DNA from: a virus
Direction: 5' to 3' (one strand)
Virus record (IMG/VR): IMGVR_UViG_3300030329_005813
Location: 32,001 to 96,000 of that record
Length of the DNA: 64,000 nucleotides
The notes under the pieces were generated by a model. That model saw only the letters and a program-made list of their open reading frames with translations. It did no database searches and was not told the origin of the DNA. Made by a program: the position numbers and the translations under genes. Shown piece by piece: positions 36,743 to 47,361 of the stretch (position 1 is its first letter; every line of letters starts with the position of its first letter).

Positions 36743-37312
36743 TTATCCGGTTGGATTAAGCTTGAAGAAGTCGTTTGTCGGGCCGGCAATACCGCTAGCT
36801 GGGTTCGCCGTAACACAATCAGCCCAATCGTATCGGAAAGTTAATGTAATTTCAACCAAACCATCTTGGTCGTATGCTAGGTCCGAATAGCTTACATTAG
36901 TAATAAAAGCTCCGTTAAGAGTCCAAGATTCTATGACTGCTCCATCAGACTGAATCATCTGAATCACAACACCGCCCAAAGCACTAACAGCGCTAGCTTT
37001 TGAGATAGTGGTGGTCTCTGTAAAGTTTCCAGGCGGTTTATAGCCAGCCCCCTGAATAATTGAAAGAGTGTTGGCTAATGCATCCGGAGAAACCGGGTCG
37101 ACCATAGTAACATCCACTGTGTTCCAGGTGACACGTCCGGGATAGTAAAAAGTATGGTTTAAAAACGCATGCTCTGAATGGTTAATCTCAAAGCTAGGTT
37201 TTTGTGCGCTTTTTGCAAACCACTGGGCTCCATCTGGCAAGTTACCTATAGTGACTAGAAATCTATATTGTCTTTTCGGATCCTGTCCAGTTGAGTCAGT
37301 CCAGAATGGCAT
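36743..37312 (-). CDS. Tail tube protein (gp19-like)
   Basis: PKRQYRF, YPGRVTW, W.L.GAF, LTFRYDW; follows the sheath gene. Confidence 0.88.
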   Translation of the reverse strand: MPFWTDSTGQDPKRQYRFLVTIGNLPDGAQWFAKSAQKPSFEINHSEHAFLNHTFYYPGRVTWNTVDVTMVDPVSPDALANTLSIIQGAGYKPPGNFTETTTISKASAVSALGGVVIQMIQSDGAVIESWTLNGAFITNVSYSDLAYDQDGLVEITLTFRYDWADCVTANPASGIAGPTNDFFKLNPTG

Positions 37313-37378
37313 TAGTTGTTACTCCTTACTCTTAGCTATAATAAATAGTGGTGGAGATAGAAAACTACCTCCTTTTAA

Positions 37379-40300
37379 TTAGTCGTCAAAAGAAGCGCCG
37401 GTGCGAGTAATCACAAAGTCAATCGCGATGTATTCGATAGCGCGGGCTGGTTTCAAGAAGATCTTGGCGTACAAGATATTTCTATCAATTAAATCTGGGG
37501 TTGTCGTTGTCTCGTCGAGAACAATCTTATACTCCGTTATTCCAAGTCTAGTCTGCACACTGGCCAAGAACGGGTCCACCTTGTTAATGAATCGAGTCCA
37601 AGTGGCCTGCACATTTTGGTCGAACAGGATCGTTGCAGCCATATAGGAAACTTCTTTCTTCAAGAAGATCATAAGGCGCCGAACATTAATTCTGTCTAGA
37701 GCCGATGGCGTAATCTGAAGTGTCTTCTGTCCGAAGACTACGATGCCTTCGGCCGGGAACTCGGCGATGGGGTTAATATTTGCTGTGTAGAGTCTATCAC
37801 GGTCCTTTCTAATCACTCGCTCGGAGACGCGTGTGACCGGAAGTCCACCAGCGCCATCAGTCAAACCACCTCTTGTAAAGCCAGCAGGCGCAAACCAAAC
37901 TTCTGATTTGGCTTCGGAGCTAGCATATGTTCCAAGCGCGATGACAGAGGGCGGTACCCAAAGAGTCTTAGCAGTATTAGGATCACGAACCTGAACCCAA
38001 GGATAGTACGTTGCAGCGTAGCTAGAGTTTAAGTCTCTGGTTCTCAAAGAATTAATAGCGCTAGTTACAGTACCCAGGTTGGCCTGAAATGATTTTGTGT
38101 TTTCCGTGAAGGGCTCATAGACATCTTCGATATCGATGACGGCCATAGCATCAGCGCGGGCCTCGCACGTATCAATAAGGTGCTTGGTGAGGTTCTTGGC
38201 AGTCAGACCAGGGATAGTCATCAAGTTAGTCTCAACAAACTCAGGATCGGCACAAGTATCAATTGCTCGCTTAACACTATTAAATGCATAGTTGTTATAC
38301 TGAGTATCTGTGGAAACTATTCTAGTATTTCTAAAAGGCTCTGCTTCGAAGATGTCAAAGCCATCAAAACCACCATACAGAGGCGAGGTAAACCGGTCAT
38401 AACCTTCAGTTAAAATCTGCTTATAAGAAGAACTCATAGCCGTAAGCGAGTCGCCATCTCTTCTAGAACCAGACTGAAAGAACGCAGACGGCGCGATATC
38501 GCCATCAATAACAGTTCTCACGTCGTCCAATGAAAAGACCCAAGAATACGCACGGTCAGTTGGTGGGCCGGCTAAAGTATCAACCTGTCCATAACCAGCT
38601 GGAAGGCGACGAAGATAGTCAGGATAGCCAGGATCGTAGTTCGCGTCTGTGTGCGACTTGCCTGTCTGAAGGCCAAAGTAGGCCTCCTTGGGGTCGCCCA
38701 TAGTACCGTCAGAAGCTGAGATTCGGAATAAAGTTCTTGGAAACTCATAGGATGCCGTGTACTGTGAGCAGCCGGTGGCGCCTTGATCCGAATGGACAAA
38801 GCTCTGCGGTCCATGCCTATCGTTATGAGATGCAACAAAGTCCTTGTCAAAACAGACGAAAGAAGAGCCAAGCTGCACACCTGCATTAAAATCAGTATTA
38901 TAAATCTGGGTGGCAGTTGCAACGGTTTTGTCTTGATTTCCAACATTTGTTTTGATTTGAATTCCGGTAGGTCGAATGGGTCCAAAGACGCCGAACGGAA
39001 GAAGCTCAGAATCAGACATTTGGCCCTGGGCAACAGCAGGGTTCATTTCAATTCTTACATACCTGGACTGGTTGACAAACTCACCATACTCACGAAGGCG
39101 ATTTGTTGAATAATCAAAGGCCATATACATATCACCAACTTTTGCAGCAACATAGTCGGCTGAAGCCGGATTTAAACTACAGTTAGTAAATTGCTCTAAG
39201 ATATCAAGTTTGTTGTCGCGATCTGATGCTTTTCTAATTTGTACTGTAAATGAACCAAACGGGTTAGATAAACTGGTCGGAGCCTTAATGTCAGCAATAG
39301 AAATCTTAATATTATTTTGCAACCACTCTCCGCTGTCCAAGCCGTGAAACTTAAACAACTTAGTCATACGCTCGGCGGCGTAGTGTGTATTATCGGTTGA
39401 AAGATCCTGTGAGAAGAACCAACCGGTTTCAGGATTCTTGAATCCCTCGCGGTGATCTTCATACCCGACAACGATACTACCGGATGAATTTTCAAAAGAT
39501 CCACTTGACAGTGGCGCGATAAATCCATAAGATTCGCCAGAGGTACCGCAAACATTAAACAAGTGGCTTTCAAAAGTTTCACCAAGAAAGTAATTACCCC
39601 TGCCTTCCGTAACAGTCGTTGAATCAACAACACTAGTGTTGGTAAGGATTGGATCGGTGTTGAAAACCTTGCGAATGTAGTTTTCTGAGTTCCTATCAAA
39701 ATTAAATTTTGTGGTATAAAGCGGGCTATATGACGTATCTAAAATTTGAGCCTGGAAGGTGTAGCTGGAGTCTTCGGAGTTAATCATAACAGCAGCGCCC
39801 GTAACAGCAGACACATCGGACTGGGGTTGTGAAGAAGCTTGCTTACCTTTAAGAACAATTGCTCCGTCTCGTATATACCAAACAGCTGCCAGAGAGCCAG
39901 TACCTAGTGAGACATCAGGACCAATATTGCCTGATGGGACAATAAATAAACCATAAGCACCACCATTATCGCTAAGTGTTTCCGATGGATTCTTAGCAGT
40001 TCCGGCGGCTGTTTCTGTTCCGGTTGTTGTTGTCCAGCCAGCTTGACCAGCGGTCGTGGCTTGATCGTGCTCATCACCAAGAAGACGAAAAATGTTTGCA
40101 GGAGCCACGCCGGCATTCAACCAAGCAAAAGCAGCGTAAGCAGCATACGTTGGACCGGTCTTATTTCCTTCACGCCAAGTATCACCAGAAGAAGCACCAG
40201 GGATTGGATTACCAAATGTCTCAACAAATTCAGCCAAAGAGCTAACCTTGTAAGGTCTCATCGCCGGACCTTGTGCATATCGTCCGATAATCGTTGGTCC

Positions 40301-40399
40301 CATAGCATCGGGAAGTCTTGGTAACTGTGAGTTATCAACTTCGCGAAGGAAGATGCCCGGGGATACGAATCTAAACTTTCTAGCTAATGATGATGACAT
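37379..40399 (-). CDS. Contractile tail sheath protein (gp18-like)
   Basis: FVSPGIF..EVD, YYPWV, WVPPS, WFAPAG..RG, INPI, GQKTLQ, SALDRINVRRL. Confidence 0.95.
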   Translation of the reverse strand: MSSSLARKFRFVSPGIFLREVDNSQLPRLPDAMGPTIIGRYAQGPAMRPYKVSSLAEFVETFGNPIPGASSGDTWREGNKTGPTYAAYAAFAWLNAGVAPANIFRLLGDEHDQATTAGQAGWTTTTGTETAAGTAKNPSETLSDNGGAYGLFIVPSGNIGPDVSLGTGSLAAVWYIRDGAIVLKGKQASSQPQSDVSAVTGAAVMINSEDSSYTFQAQILDTSYSPLYTTKFNFDRNSENYIRKVFNTDPILTNTSVVDSTTVTEGRGNYFLGETFESHLFNVCGTSGESYGFIAPLSSGSFENSSGSIVVGYEDHREGFKNPETGWFFSQDLSTDNTHYAAERMTKLFKFHGLDSGEWLQNNIKISIADIKAPTSLSNPFGSFTVQIRKASDRDNKLDILEQFTNCSLNPASADYVAAKVGDMYMAFDYSTNRLREYGEFVNQSRYVRIEMNPAVAQGQMSDSELLPFGVFGPIRPTGIQIKTNVGNQDKTVATATQIYNTDFNAGVQLGSSFVCFDKDFVASHNDRHGPQSFVHSDQGATGCSQYTASYEFPRTLFRISASDGTMGDPKEAYFGLQTGKSHTDANYDPGYPDYLRRLPAGYGQVDTLAGPPTDRAYSWVFSLDDVRTVIDGDIAPSAFFQSGSRRDGDSLTAMSSSYKQILTEGYDRFTSPLYGGFDGFDIFEAEPFRNTRIVSTDTQYNNYAFNSVKRAIDTCADPEFVETNLMTIPGLTAKNLTKHLIDTCEARADAMAVIDIEDVYEPFTENTKSFQANLGTVTSAINSLRTRDLNSSYAATYYPWVQVRDPNTAKTLWVPPSVIALGTYASSEAKSEVWFAPAGFTRGGLTDGAGGLPVTRVSERVIRKDRDRLYTANINPIAEFPAEGIVVFGQKTLQITPSALDRINVRRLMIFLKKEVSYMAATILFDQNVQATWTRFINKVDPFLASVQTRLGITEYKIVLDETTTTPDLIDRNILYAKIFLKPARAIEYIAIDFVITRTGASFDD

Positions 40400-40449
40400 T
40401 TATGGCTCTCCTGTTATCGTAGTCTAGCGATATAAAAATGATACTTATA

Positions 40450-40497
40450 TTTGGCCTTTCTCAATATAAATAGTATTTTAAAAGGCGAAAGACCAAA
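40450..40497 (-). promoter_or_regulatory. Late promoter enclosed in an inverted repeat, upstream of the sheath gene
   Basis: TTTGGTCTTTC...ACTATTTATA...GAAAGGCCAAA. Confidence 0.65.
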
Positions 40498-41427
40498 TTA
40501 GTCTTTATAAAAAGTCTTAACGCCTTTCTTGGAATTATGCTGTGGAACGTCACCCACAATTACACGTTCGCGGGGCATTCTAATCTGCACTGCATTCTCT
40601 CTAATGGCTATTTTTGGCCTCTCTTCATTAATGCCACCACCCAAGAGATATCCCAATATTTTAAACTGCATTTTTGCTTCATATGAACTCTCTTCTTCGC
40701 CAGTCACATCTAGAGACTGCTGAAACTCGTTTTGAATAAAACCCTCAAATCGATGACCTTCGTGATTAATAAAAAAGTTATTAATCTGTCCCGTAACTGT
40801 CATAAAGGGTGTTGTTATTTCATTTAACTGTTGTTGATAGTTTGTTCGAACAATAATATCATATGTAACCGATACATACACTGGCATTGGCATAGTAATA
40901 GTTTCATACACGACTTTACCAGGATTTGTAAATGGAAAGTTTTCTTGACCGTGACCAGTTGTAGCTGAACTGATTGTTCCAAACTTTCTTTTAGAATCTG
41001 CATTAACGAAGTTAGAAGTTTTTTCTTGATTGATTCTTCTTGCTACCGTTAAGGCTCCACCTCGTGGACCTCTTAGGCCATCATTCATATTTGGTATATG
41101 AGCGAAGGCCACGCCCTTAAATGCAGGATCTTTAACTATTTCTGTTCTGTTGACTATAAGTAGCGGAAGTTTAAGGACACCATTTGAATCTCTGAGGCTT
41201 TTATCGTTTTTAATTTGATAAGCTCTTTCGGCTGAGATCCAAATGACTGGGACTTTCTTAAACCCTTTGTTTGTTGTAGAGGATGGATTAATCACCTCAT
41301 CCACCCAATTAAAGAAAGCTTGGTCGATTGTTTCAATCGTGGATGGCATAAAAATAATTTCTTTTAACTTACCTGATGCGTCTTTGACCTCTGTATAATC
41401 TCTACTGTAGTTTTTACGTGGCATCAA
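40498..41427 (-). CDS. Tail terminator / sheath stabiliser (gp15-like)
   Basis: VPVI...ER, LP.....R, P.PV...Y; located between neck and sheath genes. Confidence 0.65.
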   Translation of the reverse strand: MMPRKNYSRDYTEVKDASGKLKEIIFMPSTIETIDQAFFNWVDEVINPSSTTNKGFKKVPVIWISAERAYQIKNDKSLRDSNGVLKLPLLIVNRTEIVKDPAFKGVAFAHIPNMNDGLRGPRGGALTVARRINQEKTSNFVNADSKRKFGTISSATTGHGQENFPFTNPGKVVYETITMPMPVYVSVTYDIIVRTNYQQQLNEITTPFMTVTGQINNFFINHEGHRFEGFIQNEFQQSLDVTGEEESSYEAKMQFKILGYLLGGGINEERPKIAIRENAVQIRMPRERVIVGDVPQHNSKKGVKTFYKD

Positions 41428-41911
41428 ATAAACCCTCTCTGGCTCTTACACATTTGGCTGTAATTTCCATCTTATGATCAACTTGACCAAAGATCTGTCT
41501 TGGCTCCGATAAAGTAACTATCTCATAGTATATACTTCCATATAGTACAAAATCCCCTTCTCTAACAAATAGATCTTGATCTTCTGTTAAACGGCGCTTA
41601 TGAAAGTGGACCGAAATTGATGCGTCTTTGTCTAATCCAATATTTGTGTCAAACTTAGTTTGTATTCCTTCATATTCAACAAGCGCATACACTCTTACCG
41701 GTGGGAGAAAAGTTTTATTGATTGCTTCTCCATATAAAGAATGATAATTTGTTTTTGCCAAGTCAATGGGATAATAAACAACTTGTTGGCCGATGACGCG
41801 CTCAATAAGTTCATCATTAACTTGTTTAACAAGATCTCGCTCTTTCTTCCCCAAAAACAAAGGAGGAGGAGGTTGATTTGGCTGTTTCCATTTCTTTTCG
41901 TTCTCGGACAT
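41414..41911 (-). CDS. Head closure / neck protein (gp14-like)
   Basis: ELIE..IGQ..VYY, LYGE, EGD; position. Confidence 0.7.
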   Translation of the reverse strand: MSENEKKWKQPNQPPPPLFLGKKERDLVKQVNDELIERVIGQQVVYYPIDLAKTNYHSLYGEAINKTFLPPVRVYALVEYEGIQTKFDTNIGLDKDASISVHFHKRRLTEDQDLFVREGDFVLYGSIYYEIVTLSEPRQIFGQVDHKMEITAKCVRAREGLFDAT

Positions 41912-41916
41912 TTATA

Positions 41917-43227
41917 TTATCCTTGATAAATTGGAAGTGGTATTTCTTGGTAAACAGTATCAATAGCTGAGACCATTGCTGCATCTTGTTCAGCCAAAGC
42001 TTTATATGTCATTTGATCTAAGACTGTCTTAAGCTCATCCCTTAAAAGATCTTGTTCTGCTTTTGCTTGTGATAGAAGCTCACCAGCATTTAAAGTTACC
42101 GACTCTCCTGGGATGGGAATCGTGGCAAACTTTCCTCTTACTTGTCCGAGTATTTCTTTAGTCAATGCCAAAGCGTACCTACGAATCCACTGCTTTCCTA
42201 TAGAGTTAATATACTTATATGGTACGTTGGGGAAGGGCAATGTATTCATATTATTAATGCCGGCAACACCAGTTTTACGGTCAGCATCTTCTTCCCAAGC
42301 ATCACGATGCATTGTGAACGTAACCCACATTTTCGTTGGTATCTCGGCCTGAGGTATTGGAAATAATCTTAATTTATTATTATGGACCTCAAATGAGTAA
42401 TGTGATAATCTAGTATACAGGTGATCTTCGAAAGCCATAGCTTGAAGTTTATTTTGCCAAGTAGGAATAATTTCAAATGTTGTATCATCAGCAAACTGAC
42501 CATAGTAGTTTAAGTTTCCAACAACATTAAGACCACCATAATAACCATAGAATCTCCAGACTGAGGCTGGGGTTTTATAAAATACTTTACGAATCTTATA
42601 ATTACGATTCATTCTGTCTTGCTGATTAACTGTTAGGTCCACACCAGACTTTTCAAGGCTACCAGTTCCGTATGGATTTGAATCGTTTGTTGAAGAACTG
42701 GATATGATGGTTTGCAAATCATAATCTTGTTGTCCGGCGACAATACTAAATGATGCCGAATATTCCGTCAGATTACCGCCAACTCCAGCTTCTTCGGCCA
42801 ATCCATCAGCCACTCTTTGAGCATAGCTAAACTTATGTCTTGGATACTTAAGGTTAACCAAAGAGCCACTAACAGAATCAAGCTCAGAAGTTGTTGAGTG
42901 CTCACCTTTATGATCGAAGGCGCCTGTTGCCATACCCAGAAGTGATGACAGAACATTTTTGGCTTGATGAATATTAATTTGATAAGAATATTCTAAGCAC
43001 GCTTCTTCATAAGCTGCATAGACATTATCAGCTTTAATCTCAATATCTAATACATCTCCACCAAGCTTTTTATACGTGTATGCTACCTGTGCAGCGGCGC
43101 CGGACTTGAAATCTTCATCGACATATACGCCAAATGGAAGAGCAGCTACAACATCACTTGTGCTGCCAGTAGCCGGCAATATAACAGCACTAGTGGTGCT
43201 GCTTGGAGTTAACTTGGGAGTTGACAT
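41917..43227 (-). CDS. Neck protein (gp13-like)
   Basis: LGG.VLDIE, W.RRYALAL.KEILGQVRGKF..IPIPG..VTLN. Confidence 0.85.
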   Translation of the reverse strand: MSTPKLTPSSTTSAVILPATGSTSDVVAALPFGVYVDEDFKSGAAAQVAYTYKKLGGDVLDIEIKADNVYAAYEEACLEYSYQINIHQAKNVLSSLLGMATGAFDHKGEHSTTSELDSVSGSLVNLKYPRHKFSYAQRVADGLAEEAGVGGNLTEYSASFSIVAGQQDYDLQTIISSSSTNDSNPYGTGSLEKSGVDLTVNQQDRMNRNYKIRKVFYKTPASVWRFYGYYGGLNVVGNLNYYGQFADDTTFEIIPTWQNKLQAMAFEDHLYTRLSHYSFEVHNNKLRLFPIPQAEIPTKMWVTFTMHRDAWEEDADRKTGVAGINNMNTLPFPNVPYKYINSIGKQWIRRYALALTKEILGQVRGKFATIPIPGESVTLNAGELLSQAKAEQDLLRDELKTVLDQMTYKALAEQDAAMVSAIDTVYQEIPLPIYQG

Positions 43228-43262
43228 GCATAAGGCCTCCTATTCATATGTAAATAGTTCCC

Positions 43263-43300
43263 AAAAAAACAAAACCCCCAACCAATAAAGGAAGGGGGCT
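43263..43300 (-). terminator. Probable intrinsic terminator
   Basis: CCCCC...GGGGG stem followed by a T-run. Confidence 0.55.
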
Positions 43301-43324
43301 TGATTAATAAATATGAGTAATTTA

Positions 43325-43768
43325 TTAGCTTAGCGCGGCGTCACCGAATGAACTGTCAGTTGCATCCACGATACCACCGTGTGCCACGTATCGATCACCT
43401 AAGCACACAATTTTGACCATCTCACCAGAGGTTGCGGCGCCTTCGTCAAAACGAATAAAGTCGTTAGAAGTTCCGTTCCCGATTGATGCACCGCCGCCAT
43501 CAGCAGCAGTCAAGATACCGGTGAAAAAACTACCATCAGCAGCGGTAATATTAACGTCCTTGTCAACTGTACCACCATCCTCTTCATCAATCATAACCTC
43601 GCACCACCAGCCAGCGCCAGCCGATGCTGGGGCGGGTAGAGTTAAGGTTGTGTCTGCTGTTGGGTTGATAACATACATCGTACCACACTCTGCTACTGCG
43701 GCTGTATGATCAGCTGTCAGCTCTCTAATTTTAATTCTATTGGCAGAATATCTTCCTAATTTAGCCAT
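43325..43768 (-). CDS. Probable capsid decoration protein
   Basis: Immediately downstream of the MCP gene, own late motif, beta-rich TLTLP domain. Confidence 0.5.
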   Translation of the reverse strand: MAKLGRYSANRIKIRELTADHTAAVAECGTMYVINPTADTTLTLPAPASAGAGWWCEVMIDEEDGGTVDKDVNITAADGSFFTGILTAADGGGASIGNGTSNDFIRFDEGAATSGEMVKIVCLGDRYVAHGGIVDATDSSFGDAALS

Positions 43769-43854
43769 TTAATAATTCTCCTTTATTTTGACCAGTCTAG
43801 TTGGGGCATCTGCCCTTGAACTCATATATAAGTAGTTTGTTACGAATTCAAAAG

Positions 43855-43884
43855 AAAAAAAACCCCGCCTTTTTCAAGGCGGGG
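43855..43884 (-). terminator. Intrinsic terminator after the major capsid gene
   Basis: CCCCGCCTT-GAAA-AAGGCGGGG followed by a T-run. Confidence 0.9.
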
Positions 43885-43912
43885 CTACAGTCTTACTAAA
43901 ACTGTTTAGATA

Positions 43913-45778
43913 TTAGCTAGCGCCGGCTTCGCCGACAAGGCCACGACAGATAACAAGACCGTACATGTCAGGACGCACCATCTTCTTAGCGTAGCGAGTC
44001 ATGACGCCCTTACGCGGCACGAAGTCCTCGACACCAAAAATGGTCGGCGTGACCTGGAGCGGAACATACGGAGCGTAGACATAGCCCGACTCAAGGAAGC
44101 TACCACCCTTGCGACCAACGAGGATCACGTTACGCGGGAAGTAAGGATCGACGTACACGTCGAACTTCTTCGAAAGCGAACCGGTCTTAACAGCACCGAT
44201 AGAACCAGCATCGGCATCAACAGTGACGGATGCACGGAAACCAGCGGTGAACTCAAGGATAGAAGCAACCTCAGGTGAACAAATCACGAAGTTAGCACCA
44301 CCCCGCAGAGTCTTGCGGTGGATTCTCGCGGACACATCATTGATGGTCTCGATCAAGGTCTCATACCACTCTGAGACAGTACCGGTGAAATCCGGAGCGG
44401 CCGAAGACGCACCAATCTCAGCACCAGTCTCGCGGTTGACGAAAAGACCCGGCGAACGTGACCAGTAAAGAGTACCAGCAGTGGCACCCTGAATAAGGTC
44501 GTTCAGGATCTCGCGATCAATCTCAAGAGCAATCTGCTCAGAGAGAATTGACGTCAACTCAACCTCAGCGTCAAGGTTGTGGTAGGCGTTAAGGTCTTGC
44601 CCCAACTCCGGTGTCCACTTAGCCTTGAGCTTCTTGGTGACGGCGGTGACAGCAATACTGTCCACCTTGATGTCGATCTCGGGGATAAACGCTTCATCCT
44701 CAAGACCCCACTCCGACGCAGCAGCAACAACACCGACGTGATCCACCGAAGCGCGTCCAGCAGGATCGCCAGCGAAGTTATCAGCAAGCGGGAAGTGAAT
44801 AGTCAAGTCCGCAGAAACTGCGGTACCGGCGTCGCCAACCACTGTAGATCCAAACGCGGCATCAACACCAACGTAGACCAAGTAAATACGAGTCTCTGTT
44901 CCATCCCAAGAAGATTCAGCAGGGTGATGGTCCTCGCTGCCGAGCGCAGTTAATCGACGAACCTGTGTAGCACTACCAGCCTCGATAATTGTCTCGCCAT
45001 TGGACAACGTTCCAGAAACAGCAATAAGATTTCTCTTATTTAAGAACATTCCGCTAGAGGAAAGGTTCTCAAACTTAGACAGCTCGGTTGAAATAATGTA
45101 GGCAGAGTGTCCATCACCCAAGCCAAGAACATCAGGGTCATAACGAAGAACTTTCTTTGCATTTTCGCTAGGAGCATTCAGGTCAATTAATGCTGTACCT
45201 GTTCCACCACCGGGAGCGTAAGCATCAATATCCGCCTCGCCAATTGTAACAGAACCAGTCGGGGAAGAATAGCCGGTTGAAAGGTTGTAGAAACCAACAT
45301 CGATATCGGCATCGGTAATCGTACCAGCCGCGTTAATTGATTTGGAACCCTCATAACCGAGGTTAACACCACCAGTGATTTCTTGTCCAACCACGCCACC
45401 ACCGTAAACAGACTCGCCGGCGTCAACGCCGCTTCTTTGCCTATTGTGAGTGAAGTCGAGGAAAAAGATGAGGCCCGAGGGCAAGCTCATCGGCTGAACC
45501 GAGACAACATCGTTGGCCAACAGACCACCGAAAACTCGACGGACAAGGGGGAAAGCCACCGAGGCAAAACCCTCGACGTCTCCACCAGCCATTGTGGAAG
45601 CTTCTTTCAGAAGCTGTGACGCCTGATTCTCAAGCAGACGTGCCATGCCTTGACGAGTCACATCGTTGTCAAGGCCCTCAAGGAGACCAGTCTTTTCCCA
45701 CTTGGAGAGAAGCGCAGTGCCTTCCTTCTTAAGATCGCGTGCGACGATCCCTTCAGTTAATTTATCTAATACTGACAT
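43913..45778 (-). CDS. Major capsid protein (gp23-like)
   Basis: KW...GLLEG, LLENQ, VSVQPM..PSGLIF, KLKAKWTPEL.QDL.AYH.LDAE.EL, EIDREI, YAPYVPL, P.KG.MTRY. Confidence 0.97.
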   Translation of the reverse strand: MSVLDKLTEGIVARDLKKEGTALLSKWEKTGLLEGLDNDVTRQGMARLLENQASQLLKEASTMAGGDVEGFASVAFPLVRRVFGGLLANDVVSVQPMSLPSGLIFFLDFTHNRQRSGVDAGESVYGGGVVGQEITGGVNLGYEGSKSINAAGTITDADIDVGFYNLSTGYSSPTGSVTIGEADIDAYAPGGGTGTALIDLNAPSENAKKVLRYDPDVLGLGDGHSAYIISTELSKFENLSSSGMFLNKRNLIAVSGTLSNGETIIEAGSATQVRRLTALGSEDHHPAESSWDGTETRIYLVYVGVDAAFGSTVVGDAGTAVSADLTIHFPLADNFAGDPAGRASVDHVGVVAAASEWGLEDEAFIPEIDIKVDSIAVTAVTKKLKAKWTPELGQDLNAYHNLDAEVELTSILSEQIALEIDREILNDLIQGATAGTLYWSRSPGLFVNRETGAEIGASSAAPDFTGTVSEWYETLIETINDVSARIHRKTLRGGANFVICSPEVASILEFTAGFRASVTVDADAGSIGAVKTGSLSKKFDVYVDPYFPRNVILVGRKGGSFLESGYVYAPYVPLQVTPTIFGVEDFVPRKGVMTRYAKKMVRPDMYGLVICRGLVGEAGAS

Positions 45779-45813
45779 TTTATATCACCTCCTTTATTAG
45801 TATGATTTTAGAT

Positions 45814-46917
45814 TTATAATTTATCAGTTTTTGAAATACCAGCCAAGCGTTGGAAACGCTCTTTCAAAAGGACATCCTTTTGAGTTTTACGAGTCTTCTT
45901 TCTTGGCACAGATAATGAAGGTCTTCTGATAGCTTCGCTCAGTGATTGCGGACCTCTCGAAGAGGACTCCACTGTGCTTTGAAGGGTCTCAAAAATAACC
46001 TTCGCTTCTTCAACTGAATCAGTTTTTTGAATAGATTCGACAATCTTATTTTTTTGTCGCTCATTCAGGGAGGCATTATTCAATGTCCGATTCATGTAAA
46101 GTAATTTAGCATTTGAAAGATTCACTTCTTCAAGCTTCTCTTTCATCGTAATAAGCATTTGCTTATATTTGTCATTTGACTCAGCTAACTCTTGTATAGC
46201 TGATTCAAGCTGCTCTTTCTGCTCTTTGGCTTCCGTAGCAGCAAGTTTTGCGAGTCGAATCTCTTTCGCATACTCGATATCTGAACCGGGGCGTCCAGCC
46301 CAACCGGTCAGTTCGTCGCCTGCGAGATCGACGATTAATTCCTCAACCAAGCTATCAAGATCGATACCCTCGGGAAGCATTACCTCGTCTTCTTCGACTA
46401 CTAATTCTTCTGTTTCAGAAATTTCTGTTCTTTCCTCTTCCTCAGAATCGGGGTACTCAAACAAAAGCTCCTCGTCAATTTCTATTTCCTCTTGCAATTC
46501 TAGAGGGATCTCAATATCCTCTTCCAGCATTGGAGACTCTTCATCACCTTCCTCAGCGCCAAAAACGGCTGCCAAGTCTTCTGCGCCTTCGGGGGCGACC
46601 TCTTCACCGGGCTCCAGTTCAGCAAGAGCATTTTCTAAGTCTTCTAAGTTGAACTCTAAGGTTACCACTTCTTTCTCATCCGGACAGGGACACGCGGTCT
46701 CGCCTTCAGTAGCGGCCAATGGTATTTCGTCCCCCATCATATCCTCTGTTAGTGGCGCAGCGTCGGACTCAACCTCCTCTTCTGCTTCCAATAAGCTGTT
46801 AATAGTGGTCTTTACCTCGGACGCATACTTCTCTAGTATGGCCGATTCGGCATTCTTAAGTGCTGCTTCTTTAAGCGCAGCGGCATCAATTAAAGCTTGT
46901 TCTAACATAGTTGACAT
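45814..46917 (-). CDS. Prohead core scaffold protein
   Basis: Acidic coiled coil directly upstream of MCP; N-terminal MLEQALIDA..LKE.A, C-terminal QRLAGI. Confidence 0.75.
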   Translation of the reverse strand: MSTMLEQALIDAAALKEAALKNAESAILEKYASEVKTTINSLLEAEEEVESDAAPLTEDMMGDEIPLAATEGETACPCPDEKEVVTLEFNLEDLENALAELEPGEEVAPEGAEDLAAVFGAEEGDEESPMLEEDIEIPLELQEEIEIDEELLFEYPDSEEEERTEISETEELVVEEDEVMLPEGIDLDSLVEELIVDLAGDELTGWAGRPGSDIEYAKEIRLAKLAATEAKEQKEQLESAIQELAESNDKYKQMLITMKEKLEEVNLSNAKLLYMNRTLNNASLNERQKNKIVESIQKTDSVEEAKVIFETLQSTVESSSRGPQSLSEAIRRPSLSVPRKKTRKTQKDVLLKERFQRLAGISKTDKL

Positions 46918-47007
46918 ATTTAACATTCCTTGCAAGAAAATATAGTTTTGTCTCACTATTAAGTAGTATCTTACAAAGACAAAATCCGGTTAATTTAAAA
47001 ATGCTTA

Positions 47008-47322
47008 TTAAAGGTCTTTCTTTTGATTATCTTTTTTAATTGCCCTGAGACGCCGAATCGCTTTTCTTCTTCTCTTAACAGATGGCTTAATATAGTAATC
47101 AGTTTTTTCTCTATAAGTTTCTATGATTTTTAACTTCTTGCATTTCTTAAGAAATCTTTTAACAGTCCTTTCAGGGTGTTCGTTGTTACGTGGGACAACG
47201 GTTAGGTTGCTAGGACTTTTACCACAAGATATTGGTGGATGCTTTTGTCGATCTCTATTGCTTCTGTTGTTTCTATAATTTCTATCGTTTCTGTGTTTCT
47301 TGTTTCTATTGTATGACATCAA
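47008..47322 (-). CDS. rpsU: Phage-encoded ribosomal protein bS21
   Basis: V.PR.NE..ER..KRF.KK.KK..II..YR....Y.KPS.KRRRK core with an Asn/Arg-rich N-terminal extension. Confidence 0.85.
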   Translation of the reverse strand: MMSYNRNKKHRNDRNYRNNRSNRDRQKHPPISCGKSPSNLTVVPRNNEHPERTVKRFLKKCKKLKIIETYREKTDYYIKPSVKRRRKAIRRLRAIKKDNQKKDL

Positions 47323-47361
47323 ATCTCCAAGTTATAATTAGTAAGCTAAACAACTTATATA

